A stretch of 64,000 bases of DNA from the NCBI RefSeq assembly GCF_037042905.1, contig NC_087245.1, positions 7,876,001 through 7,940,000 on the forward strand, in the 5' to 3' direction. The notes under the pieces are model-generated. The model saw only the letters and a list, made by a program, of their open reading frames with translations, did no database searches and was not told the origin of the DNA. Origin of the DNA: Lytechinus pictus (lineage: Eukaryota). The translations under genes were made by a program, and so were the position numbers. Below are positions 1-13,438 of this stretch, piece after piece; positions within the stretch are counted from its first letter, which is position 1, and each line of letters begins with the position of its first letter.

Positions 1-344
1 TTGCCCCTTGTCATCATTTACTTACCCAGTTGCCAATTTGAAATCTACATCCTATTAGTGATCTCAATTTTAAAGCAGCTATAACTTTCTTATTGCTTGT
101 CCGATTTCTTTCAAACTTTCACCATTCTTTTTCATTTATTTTTCTCCTTCCCAACACAACATTTTATGGCCAAGGCTGGATTCCCCTTTAATAATATGTC
201 AATATACCATGTTCAGGATTGAACAGCATATTTTGAGGCTATATATTTTTTCCTAATTATACTTAAAAAACAAAACAAAAAAGAAGAGTGTCCTGAAACC
301 TGAGTCTTTATGTTTTTGTTATATGTTACCAACTTCTTGTATTT

Positions 345-570
345 ATGTTGGCTCAGTTGGTAGAGCATCCGTCTCGCAGCCGAGAGGACTGGAGTTTATA
401 CTCTGGCCGCATCAGACCAAAAGACGTAAAAAGATGGGAGTTGCTGCTACCCTGTTTGGCGTTCAACATTTAAGGGAGAGCCTCATTGATCTGTTGGCTT
501 CTGGGCTTACGATCAATTGGGCAAAATTAATTTTCGGAATGTTTCTATTAGATTTCCATTTCAAACAATA
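345..570 (+). mobile_element. tRNA-derived SINE, degenerate
   Basis: A-box-like TGGCTCAGTTGGTAGAGC and a decayed B box, followed by a non-tRNA body; 3' boundary approximate. Confidence 0.6.
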
Positions 571-699
571 AAATATAGAATTTTCTAATTCTTTTTTTTT
601 CCATCTACATGTATGTAGAAAGCTGAAAAAGAAACGGCATGCATTACTCCTAACACAAGATTGTACAAGTATATTGTTAACATAGTTGACATAGTTCTG

Positions 700-821
700 G
701 GGCCCGTAACACAAAGATAAGCAATGATCGTAGAACAATTTTCTACGATTGATTCCATTGACTACAATGTACAATCAAACGTGAAAATCAAGCATATGAT
801 TAAACCTTGTGTTACTGGACC
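700..821. mobile_element. Short MITE flanked by CTG/CTG (Harbinger-like, CWG target)
   Basis: Imperfect TIR GGGCCCGTAACACAAAG ... CTTGTGTTACTGGACC. Confidence 0.6.
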
Positions 822-824
822 CTG

Positions 825-992
825 GTGGGTGTTTCATAAAGCTGTTCGTAAGTGAAGAGTGACTTTAAGAACGACTGGTGAACATTTCTTACGCACTAAG
901 TAATCACCAATGACATCATTTACCACAAGAAAGGATCATCAGTCGTTCTTAAAGTCACTCTTTTCTTACGAACAGCTTTTTGAAACGGCCCC
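825..992. mobile_element. Palindromic MITE (CWG-flanked); second copy at 60871-61041
   Basis: About 50-bp inverted arms (TTTCATAAAGCTGTTCGTAAG...GAACGACTG). Confidence 0.8.
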
Positions 993-1029
993 CAGGTGAT
1001 GTATTTTTGTTACTCATTTACTTATGCAG

Positions 1030-1125
1030 ACTAGAAAGTTCGGTAAACGTCTAAACATTATCATCGTAGCTGAAGGTGCTCTTACCCAAGATGGAGATCC
1101 TATCACAGCCAATATCATCAAGGAT
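1030..1125 (+). CDS. PFK: PFK exon (TRKFGKRLNIIIVAEGALTQDGDPITANIIKD)
   Basis: tgcag| acceptor, |gtaag donor, 96 nt, NIIIVAEGA motif. Confidence 0.95.
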
Positions 1126-1810
1126 GTAAGCTACTCTTGTTAGTCTTTATTCATGAGCTAGGTACTCTTTTGTGGTAGAAGTAATAGTACGTGTGAGTGA
1201 ATTACAATTGAATTATTAGAATGGAAGCATTTTTTTTTAATTGCTTCATCAGAATTGTGGCTAGAGCATTAGATGATATATTGTTCATGTATTTTCCACA
1301 TGTAGAATATCGTGTATTCTAAATTCTTTTTTTAATCACATTTGAAATGTTTTTATTTTCAAATACATTTTTTTACTATTTGGAAAAAGGCAAATTGAAC
1401 CAGAGTGGGCTCAATTGATAAAATTGAAATCAAATATGAATGTCACCTGATGAAACTTGTGATTGATAATGTGTTACAATAACTTCATGGTTATAAGCTA
1501 CTGATATCATCACATTTGATTGGTTGAGAACACATTTGATTGGTTGAGAACAGTAAAAAAAGAAATTTGATATTAACACACTTATATTTCATGTTGAAGA
1601 TTTATCAACCACACAGTTTCTCAATTTGAAGTATGATAAAATTGATGTGTAAAGATATACAATGAAAATGAAATTTACAAGTATGATAAAACAAATAGTC
1701 CAGAGATGAATTATACATGGTACAGGATAAGCATGAATAAGTTTGATCTAAGACAATAAAAGAAGGGATTTCAACTAAATGATTATTAATTTTATCTCTC
1801 TTTTCATTAG

Positions 1811-3762
<1,952 letters not shown>

Positions 3763-3897
3763 CTTAGTGTACATAATGTCTCTCCATAAACTTTCAAAGT
3801 CAATGGAATACAACTCTTATACTTTTCCCTTATTCAGTGGTTAGTACTTATCACCTATTATGCTGACTGCGTAGTTGTTGTTTTGTTGCTATGACAG

Positions 3898-4023
3898 GGA
3901 TGTAGGATGGGTGCTGAAGCAGTTCTATCCCTCGTAGACACCAAACCTGATATGCCAGCCTATGTCGTATCTCTGGATGGTAATAAGGCTATACGGGTTC
4001 CTCTCATGGACTGTGTCAGGAAG
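3898..4023 (+). CDS. PFK: PFK exon ([42 protein letters not shown])
   Basis: acag| and |gtaag, 126 nt. Confidence 0.95.
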
Positions 4024-4544
4024 GTAAGTCTATTACTCTCTTCTCTGACTCTCACCCTCCATCTTTATCTTTCTCTATGCTGTTGTTTATTACCATCTTG
4101 CTCTCTTTACTTTCTGCTTGTCTTTTTTTTCTCTTTCTCTCTTGCACAACCTTATTCTCATCTTTTTTACCCATTTTGCTCCAGTCTGTAATCTAATCAG
4201 TTCCTTTCATCTCACTGGAAATTATAATCTTTTCATCTTTCCTGTCCCTGTCAATACTTCATAGTTTACGCACTACACATGTAACATCAAACCATCAAAT
4301 TCTCCCTAGTACCTGATTTGTTTGCATTATTTACCTTGGCCCCACCTTATGTTTGGAAATAATGAATAGCACACTGATCTGTCATGACACCAATATTTAC
4401 AATTCTTTAGAAAACACTTAGAACAGACATATGCATTTTACATGTCGTGATCGCTGGCTTTCGTATTTGAATTGGGTTGGATGGATAAATAAAGTCTTGT
4501 GTAAGACAGGTTCAGATTGCTTTCCTTCGTTTCCTTCCTAACAG

Positions 4545-4609
4545 ACCCAAGCAGTTGGTGAAGCACTGAAAGGGAAAGATTTCAAGAAAGCCTGCTCACT
4601 CAGAGGAAG
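4545..4609 (+). CDS. PFK: PFK exon (TQAVGEALKGKDFKKACSLRGR)
   Basis: Pyrimidine tract + acag|, |gtaag, 65 nt, ends in phase 2. Confidence 0.93.
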
Positions 4610-5050
4610 GTAAGACTAGTAGATAATACAACATATAATTGGTAGTGTTTTTTTTTTTGTAGAGATCAGAGAAGTGAACTGGGTAGCATGATGTAATTCG
4701 ACCTAGTGGGTTGAGGAAAAGTTGATTCAGAGAATGCATGAAATCGTGTGTCAAATAAAAATATAAAACTGAAAAAAAAAATATATATATGTATGTTCAC
4801 AGGTTTATGAACGTTGCTTATACTACTGCATGCAGCTAAATATTGAGTCGAATTATGATTTGCCTCTGATAATAGTCCTTGTAAGTTGCAAGAATACCTT
4901 TATGAATTACAACTGCTTTCACACAAAGGTAGAAGTGAAAAATATCTGCACATCTTAGATTTTCTAAATGAATTGCAAATAAATAATAAAATTAAAACTA
5001 TTTGCCTTGAACTTGAAAATTTCCACTTGTATTTTTCTTGAATACTAAAG

Positions 5051-5141
5051 GAGTTTCCTGAGCAACCTTAGTATATACCTGACTCTGTCCAGAGTGAAGC
5101 CAAAGGAAGAAGTGTGCAGCTTGGATGGTAGACATTGCGCT
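5051..5141 (+). CDS. PFK: PFK exon, inter-half linker (SFLSNLSIYLTLSRVKPKEEVCSLDGRHCA)
   Basis: aaag| and |gtaag, 91 nt, completes the split codon and restores phase 0; resembles the 'SF..N...Y..L...P' linker. Confidence 0.88.
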
Positions 5142-5392
5142 GTAAGTTATTCTCCTGGTTGTAACAATCACATTTTACCCATACACCAGCTTTTGTTCTA
5201 GGGTTAATTTGCTTCTCTGTTGAATTTTTTATCCTATCACAAATGTCACCTTATTGTAACCATTGATATTTTCAAAACTTACCTTTAATGAAATCCAAAT
5301 CTCTTTGTTGGGCCAAAGTAAATACTGTGATTAATTTGGTACACTGCTCTTGTGTCTCAACAACCTTTCTTTTTTTATGAATCAGAGCCCAG

Positions 5393-6180
5393 GGGCCATA
5401 TTCTGAAAATTGTCTTAAGATAAATATTCTTGTATCTTTTTAGTTACAATACAATCCGTATTCTGAAAACTCTTGTATATTTTCTTGTAAATTTTCTTGT
5501 AACTTTCACTAAGTGCTTATAAAAACAGAGTTACAATGATGCGTAAAGTTAAAAACGGCGCATATATCTCTGTGCGCAAGATAACATATCGATATAAAAG
5601 GTATTCTGAAAATTCTCTGATCTTTGCATTCTGTTAACTTCCTTGCAAAATACAAGAAAATTTACAAGAGGAAGGAGGCTATTGTAACTTAATGTTGAAT
5701 GTGATATTTTACTCGGTCAACAATAGTAATGATCTTGCTGCATCCTGCAAGAACATCATGTTTGGCATAAGGAGGCATTCCAAAGACGTAATAACGACGG
5801 ATTGGTAGACTTTTTAGCAATTGAAAATTGGCATTCAAGATGATGAATATTTTCAGAGAAAATATGACTCTGAGAAAAGCCACATGTATTTTAGCACGGT
5901 ATAAGCATAAGCATAAGCGTTGGTGGTGCAAAGGAAATTACGCCTCAAGTCAGCAATGCGCTTAATTATTTTTTAGAAGGGACACTTCTATTGGTTGACC
6001 GAAACATATAAAGAGTTTAATGATTGGTTGATGATAAAATATTAGGCGTGTCAGAGATAAAATAGGGGACGTCCTTACAGAGATAAGACAATTTTCAGAA
6101 TACCGATTTAAGAAAATGTTAGCGAGCTGTTATCTTGCTGAGTTACAAGAAAAATTAAGACAATTTTCAAAATACCACCC
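5393..6180. mobile_element. MITE with CAG TSD (Harbinger-like)
   Basis: TIR GGGCCATATTCTGAAAATTGTCTTAA...TTAAGACAATTTTCAAAATACCACCC, CAG on both sides. Confidence 0.75.
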
Positions 6181-6522
6181 CAGTATTTATCTCATGATGT
6201 TATTGTCCAAAACTCAATTAATTTCAAACAAGATTATATATTTCATTATTACCCTTCTCATTAATGTTGTAAGTTAGAGCAATTACAGGATCGGAGTTCG
6301 GTTCGGAAGTTTTGCTCCTAAAATCGAAATCGGTTCGGATATCGGATCGGCAGATATTCAAAAACAAAAAAATACATTAAAATTTGTGGGTGGCCGGCAC
6401 GTGGACAAATGCTGCAAGCTACACTGATGACAGAATTTGTTTTGATCTCCGACAAAAGCGGAGGAAGAAGATGATGATTTTGTTTTGATCTCCGACATAA
6501 TTGGAGGAAGGAAAAGAAGATA

Positions 6523-7725
6523 CCGTAAGTAACGGTGTATTAACCGCACCCCCCATTTTCGGATGGAAAAAAAAAAAAAAAAAAAAATCATCAAAATTTT
6601 TTTTTTATCAAACTTACTTTCTATCTCTAATATGCGTATTTAAGAAAGAGTCAAGAACCAAAAAATATCGAAGAATTACTGGTAAAAAATGATGGGAAAT
6701 CAGCGCTTTGTCACTTATCTGCAAGTTGCCGACATTATATTGGCCACTTCCACACTCACCTCACACACACACATATGGTACCGGTGTTCATTGCAAGTAC
6801 CGATACCAGCATCAGCATGGGGGCTCACCCATACGAGAAGATCGTTCATATCATATTTCCTGCATCACAGCCCCACTTTTGCTTTCAGAATTCTGTCTAG
6901 CATTCAATGTCTTGACATGAATTTTAGACAAGGGAATACGGAAAGGTTCAAGATACGAGAAATTTGCGATTTTGTTCAGGTGTTTTTCTTGTCTGCTTTG
7001 AACCACTACCGGTAGATCTCAGTACGTGTGTGGCGGTATCTTACAGACAGCAAAATAGGAAAAAAAAATGCTAGTACCGGTATACCGTATTTTCAATGGG
7101 AGCTCTGGGCGGGAATAAAGTGAATAATAATTAAAAATAAAAAGTCGGAAGGAGTGAAGATGGGGATTGAAGATTGATTTTGAGATGATGGATGATAGAG
7201 AGAAATGAAGGAAAGGCAAATGAAAGAAATTAATTGTCAAATAATACCAATAATTTGTCAAACAAAATAACTTCCACGGAAAGGTAAAGCGCCAGCTTAC
7301 GTTGACGTTGCCATATACATTACACATGCATGTCTTATTCGGCTAGCTGCACCGCGCTGTGCGATCGATTGGCGTCTGAACTTTGCCGCGATGACTAAAA
7401 AATGACAACAAAGACAGAGTCACACCATTAAAAAAAGTCAGTTTCATGAAGGTAGGTGCGTTTGTTACCGTGATATAACTTTGAGGGACATTTACGGCAG
7501 ATACCGGTAGTCATAGTTGCTTCCCTTTTATACCCGCGGCTCATACCCCTAAACGGGATTGCCCCAAGCGGCTACGCTCGGCCGCCCGACGTGAGTTGAA
7601 AACTGGTAGTGGTATCGGGCTGAGATTGGCTTGGCTCAGACCTGTCACCGTGTATAAACCGCACCCCCGACTTTTGATTCTGTCCCGCCGAGAAAAAGGT
7701 GCGGTTAATACACCGTTACTTACGG
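6523..7725. mobile_element. Tc1/mariner (pogo-like) non-autonomous element
   Basis: TA TSD; 28-bp TIR CCGTAAGTAACGGTGTATTAACCGCACC. Confidence 0.85.
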
Positions 7726-7771
7726 TAATGATGATGCAGCGCGCGACACTACCGCCGATCAACGATAGTCT

Positions 7772-8385
7772 TCTTCTCTACAACATCGTGATGATGGCGG
7801 AGGCAATCGTAAACTCGTGGAGGACACATGACTTACCGAAATAGACGCACTATTATCCAAAGTTGATTACGATGATATTCACCTTCTCTACAACATCGAA
7901 GTGATGGCGGAGGTAATCGTAAACTCTTAGAGGACGCATGACCTACCGAAATAGACGCACTATTATCCAAAGTTGATTACGATGATATTCACATTCTCTA
8001 CAATATCGTGATGGCGGAGGTAATCGTAAACTCTTAGAGGACACATGACCCACCGAAATAGACGCACTATTATCCAAAGATGATTACGATGATATTCACC
8101 TTCTCTATAACATCGTAGTGATGGCGGAGGTAATCGTTAACTCTTAGAGGACGCATGACCTACAGAAATAGACGCACTACAAGCTGAAGTTGTTTCTGAT
8201 GATATTCACCTTCTCTACAACATCGTGGTGATGGTGGAGGCAATCTTAAACTCTTAGAGGACGCATGACCTACGTCACCTACCGAAATAGACGCACTATT
8301 ATCCAAAGTTGTTTACGATGCTATTCAACTTCTCTACAACATCGTGATGATGGCGGAGGTAATCCCAAACTCTTAGAAGACGCAT
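7772..8385. repeat. About 118-bp tandem repeat, about 5 copies
   Basis: Repeated TTCTCTACAACATCG...ATGGCGGAGG...CCGAAATAGACGCACTA. Confidence 0.9.
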
Positions 8386-8477
8386 AGTTGTAAACATTAC
8401 CGCGCATGTCAGCGTGTTCAACTAAATTGTATTTGCCTCCGCTTAAGATCAAAACATATCATCATCTTGTTGTTTTT

Positions 8478-10087
8478 GTCTCGCCTGCGTAGCGAGACAT
8501 AGGTACATGTATCACTATTTCCGGCGTCGGCGTCGTTGTCGTCAACAATTGTGTTGTACACCCAATAACTTTCTATAGCTTCGAGGTGGGATCACCAAAT
8601 TCATACCAGAGGTCCATCTCCTGAAGGCACAGGTCAAGTTTGAATATGAGTCAAATTGGAATAAGGTCAAAGGTCAATGAACTTTCCATGACTGGCACTG
8701 TACTGTGTTGTACACATAATAACTTTGTACACCCAATAACTTTCTATAGCTTCGATGTGGGATCACCAAATTCATAACAGAGGTCCATCTCCTGAAGGCA
8801 CAGGTCAAGTTCGAATATGAGTCAAATTGGAATAAGGTCAAAGGTCAATGAACTTTCCATGACTGGCACTGTGCTGTGTTGTACACATAATAACTTTCTA
8901 TATCTTCGAGGTGGGATCACCAAATTCATACCAGAGGTCCATCTACTGAAGGCACAGGTCAAGTTCGAGTATGAGTCGAATTTGAATAAGGTCAAAGGTC
9001 AATGAACTTTCCATGACTGGCACTGTGCTGTGTTGTACACATAATAACTTTGTACACCCAATAACTTTCTATAGCTTCGAGGTGGGATCACCAAATTCAT
9101 AACAGAGGTCCATCTCCTGAAGGCACAGGTCAAGTTCGAATATGAGTCAAATTGGAATAAGGTCAAAGGTCAAAGGTCAATGAACTTTCCATGACTGGCA
9201 CTGTGCTGTGTTGTACACATAATAACTTTCTATATCTTCGAGGTGGGATCACCAAATTCACACTAGAGGTCCATCTCCTGAAGGCACAGGTCAAGTTCGA
9301 GTATGAGTCGAATTTGAATAAGGTCAAAGGTCAATGAACTTTCCATGACTGGCACTGTGCTGTGTTGTACACATAATAACTTTCTATATCTTCGAGGTGG
9401 GATCACCAAATTCATACCAGAGGTCCATCTCATGAAGGCACAGGTCAAGTTTGAATATGAGTCGAATTTGAATAAGGTCAAAGGTCAAAGGTCAATGAAC
9501 TTTCCATGACTGGCACTGTGCTGTGTTGTACACACAATAACTTTCTATAGCTTCGAGGTGAGATCGCCAAATTCATAACAGACGTCCATCTCTAGAAGGT
9601 ACAGGTCAAGTTCGAATATGAGTCGAATTTGAATAAGGTCAAAGGTCAATGAACTATCGAGGTGAGATCGCCAAATTCATAACAGAGGTCCATCTCTTGA
9701 AGGTGCAGGCCAAGTTCAAATGTGAGCCGAATTTGATTAAGGTCAAAGGTCAATGAACTTTCCATGACTGGCACTGTGCTTTGTTGTACACATAATAACT
9801 TTTTATATCTTCGAGGTAGGATTGCCAAATTCAAACAAGAGGTCCATCTCTTGAAGGTGCAGGTCAAGTTCGAATGTGAGTTGAATTTGATTAAGGTCAA
9901 AGGTCAATGAACTTTCCATGACTGGCACTGCTGTGTTGTACACACAATAACTTTCTATAGCTTCGAGGTGGGATCGCCAAACTCGTAACAGAGGTCCATC
10001 TAAGTCATATAGCATACATGTAGTTTTGACATGCAGTCTCTTCATGACTGCAATATGCAGGCGAGACAACGCTTGGCGTTTGCCTTG
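8478..10087 (+). mobile_element. Helentron/HINE-like element with about 9 internal 150-170-bp tandem units
   Basis: subTIR GTCTCGCCTGC...GCAGGCGAGAC, GTC/GGC microsatellite, 3' hairpin AACGCTTGGCGTT, T-run flanks. Confidence 0.75.
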
Positions 10088-10726
10088 TTCTTCTTCCTCT
10101 GTTTTTGTCGGAGATTAAAACAAATTATCACCAATCATCATCATCATCATCTTTTTTTTCCTCCGATTATGTCGGAGATCAAAACAATTCATCATCTTCT
10201 TTCTCCGATTATGTCGGAGATCAAAACAAAACATAATTTTCTTCTCCTTTATCTTCTTTTCCTTCCACCGCTTTTGTCCGAGATCAAAACAAATCATTAG
10301 CGCATTTTGACGGGAAACATGTCGCCACATGTTTTTTGTCTTGTTATGCTTTGGTTTTTCCGATCTGATTTTTTTCCCACTCGTCAAAAATCGGAGTTCG
10401 GAAAAAGTAGAAAAAAGGGGAAAATCGGATCGGATCGGGAATTGGAATAAAAATCAGTTACAACATTACTTCTCATTACAACTAAACACAAAGGTTTTAA
10501 GGGGTTTGGTACGTGTAATGAGGTACAAATTCCAATTACTGAAGAATTTTCTTGAGCTTTGATTTTAATACATAGATTAGTGTAATACTTCATAATTGAT
10601 ATGTTTTTGACATATATCATAATGGAATATTTTAAGCTTAAGACCTCGGTAGGTATACTAAGAATAACCCTGCGAGAGTCAAATGAATTCTTTAAGAAAA
10701 ACCAATCACCTTTTCTCTTGACACAG

Positions 10727-10873
10727 AGTAACTACAATATGGCTGTTATGAATGTTGGAGCACCAGCAGCTGGCATGAATGCAGCTGTGAGGGCGTTTAT
10801 CAGAACCTCTCTCTTTCATGGATACAGGGTTTATCGTATCAATGATGGATTCGAAGGTCTTATTGCTGATCAG
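10727..10873 (+). CDS. PFK: PFK exon ([49 protein letters not shown])
   Basis: acag| and |gtatg, 147 nt, start of the regulatory half. Confidence 0.96.
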
Positions 10874-12615
10874 GTATGTATGTCATAAGAAATTTGTAAA
10901 TATTAAAGCTATTCATATAGAATATTAAAATAATGTAGTGTCAGCTAATGATTTATCATTAATCAGTTATAGGTACTATTTAAGCAAGAATAATTATTAT
11001 AGTAACATGTATGTTTTAGATACTAAGGAATGCCAATTCTTGTATAAATCAAACTAGGGTGTTTTTTTTTCTTTTCTTCTACTAATTAGAATTTATGAAA
11101 TTATGATTTTGGCATTTTTTTTTTGGCAATTTTTTATGACGGCTTTGCCATTATAGCACCGTTTGTACTTCTCTGACTGTAGTATCTTAATGTGTTAAAT
11201 CGTTAACACATGTTTGGACCACTAAAATATCAATATCCTTTCATTTTTGTGATAGTTTCTTTTTTTTAATGTTCTGTTGGGATCACCGACTGATTGAATG
11301 GATTTCTCCTTTTTGACCTTTATGTTTTTCAGCATAATAGACAAAGGAATTTAAAGAACATTACTGATTTATTTGCTTTAATACTCTTCAATATAAACAA
11401 ATTTTGTTGTCCTGTCTGTAATGTATTTGAGTTGTTTGAAAAGATTTTTTTTTTAATTAACAAAAGTTTTTTAACTGAGGATGAAACCCTTGGAACAAGT
11501 TAGCTTGTGTGAAAACAGAAAAATCAAAGAAACAAATCAGTTCAAGTTTGAGAACAATTAATCATAATAATTTGAATGAAAAATGTGAGAGTTGAGTATT
11601 ATGTGTGGTTAGTTAATGCCAGGAAACTGTTGTTCAGTTTCCCTTTAAAAATTTGATTTCTCAAGACAAGAAGAGCTTTATATCCAGTCCATGTCGACGA
11701 AGAGTCTTATTGTTCAAGTTCTAATGAAATTATGTAGCTAACATATGTTCCTGTAATAATTGTGTTTTGTGTTCAATAATGTTATTGATATTGTTCAGTT
11801 TTATTTTGTTGTCAGTTATTACTCTTTAACACTGTTTCATTGACACAGGTTTTATTGCATCAATTTATTGTGTAAAGTACATATCATATAAAACTTCTAT
11901 GTTTCTACTACTTACTTTGCCTGAATATTATTTGCTTTGAAGCATGGATAAATCTTAAATTACCAGAGGCCTTTAACACAAAGTTTGATAAGTGATCTTA
12001 CAGTTGATTTGTATGCTTTGTTGCACACAATGATCAATGTAATAATGTGTGAAAACCAGCCCTACGATCGAACACTCCATGTAGGCTTTGTGTTGGGTCT
12101 TTGGTAAAAATGAGCAGAAATGAAACATTCAGAAATTGTGTTTTGAAATGAAATCAGGCAATTGTCTTTTCAAGACACAAGATGTGATTATGATCAGCCA
12201 TTACTTTGAACTGTTATTTCCTTGTTATATTTTGTTTTGAATATGATTATTAACTAATAACTTTTGAAAATGATTGAATCTTCTTTTCTGCACTGTGTAC
12301 ATATATATTTAACATCAGGGAGAGGTGAGATATTATCAATAATATGTTTTGATTTTCCCTATACCCTCTGTATGGCTTGCATGTATTGTAATTCACTCCT
12401 GGCCTTTGATTTGCACAAACTTCTTGTCTAGATATAAAATGAGCTAAGTTACCTGAGTGCCATCTGCGAATTTCTCAGATTTTTTTAAAAGCAAAATGAA
12501 TTGAAGATGTAGACAAAATGCAGTCGTACTGTTGAGACTTCAGAAAGCAAATCAAGTTAATTAGGGCATCAGCTATACATCATCTCCAAATGATTTCCTA
12601 TTTGTTGTGAAAATA

Positions 12616-13438
12616 CAGTGTGTCCCACAAAAACAAAACCGAGATTTAGCGATGATTTATCATAACTTAATCATAAATACAATAGACAAATGACCTACCA
12701 ATGTAAAGCTTAGAATCTCCGCTTTCATCTGAAATTACTTAGATTATTCCTCATTCACGCATGAGTGAGCAAAAACAATTTGAAGAAAGGATACCAAAAA
12801 CTTATTTGGCGGAGGGTATCTGAATTTAAAAAAGAAAATCACATGCCTAAAAAGTTCAAGATCTGCTCTTTTATTTGATACCTTAATCACAGAAAATGGT
12901 CAAGAAGTAAAAAAGTTCTGTTCCCTCGAAACAATGCTTGTATTTCCATAATTTGATTAAATAAACGTGTTTTCACCGGTTTCCCACAGAAGCTATTGCA
13001 CGGTTAACAAAAGACTTAATGCATGGCTGATCGTCAACAAAATGGAGCATCGAGTGAGTCTGAACGCTAGCCTTGTTAAACCACTTCATTTCATGAAATT
13101 ATTGAAATTCAAGCCTAATTTGAAATATCCAGAACTTCGTTATTTCTTGACCATTTTCTATAATTGAGGTATCGAATTAAAGAGCAGATATTGAACTTTT
13201 TAAAAATACATGTATGGTTTTCTTTTTTAAATCCAGATACAACCCGCCAAGTGATTTTTTGGTATCCCCTCTTCAAATTGCTTTTGCTCACTCATGCGTG
13301 AATGAGAAATAATCTAAGTAATTTCGGATGAAAGAGGAGATTCTAAGCTTTGCAATGGTAGGTCATTTGTCTGATGTATTTGTGATTAAGTTATGATAAA
13401 TCATTGATAGATCTCGTTTTTTTTTGTGGGACGCACTG
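12616..13438. mobile_element. Tc1/mariner-like foldback MITE
   Basis: TA|CAGTG...CACTG|TA with about 300-bp imperfect inverted arms. Confidence 0.85.

Larger units (their letters stand above)
6262..10468. mobile_element. 4.2-kb non-autonomous hAT-like element carrying nested inserts
   Basis: Perfect 11-bp TIR TAATGTTGTAA/TTACAACATTA; perfect 8-bp TSD CTTCTCAT; inverted subterminal TTTTGATCTCCGAC repeats. Confidence 0.85.

Noticed and set aside
345..420. Functional tRNA gene
   Set aside because: The B box is degenerate, there is no clean cloverleaf and the sequence continues into a SINE-like body.
5051..5141. Cys-containing extended PFK linker as a novelty
   Set aside because: The inter-half linker is variable among animal PFKs; nothing here supports special function.
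8817..10069. Repeated short ORFs in the DR1-containing array
   Set aside because: Frames of tandem repeat units with no protein-like features.
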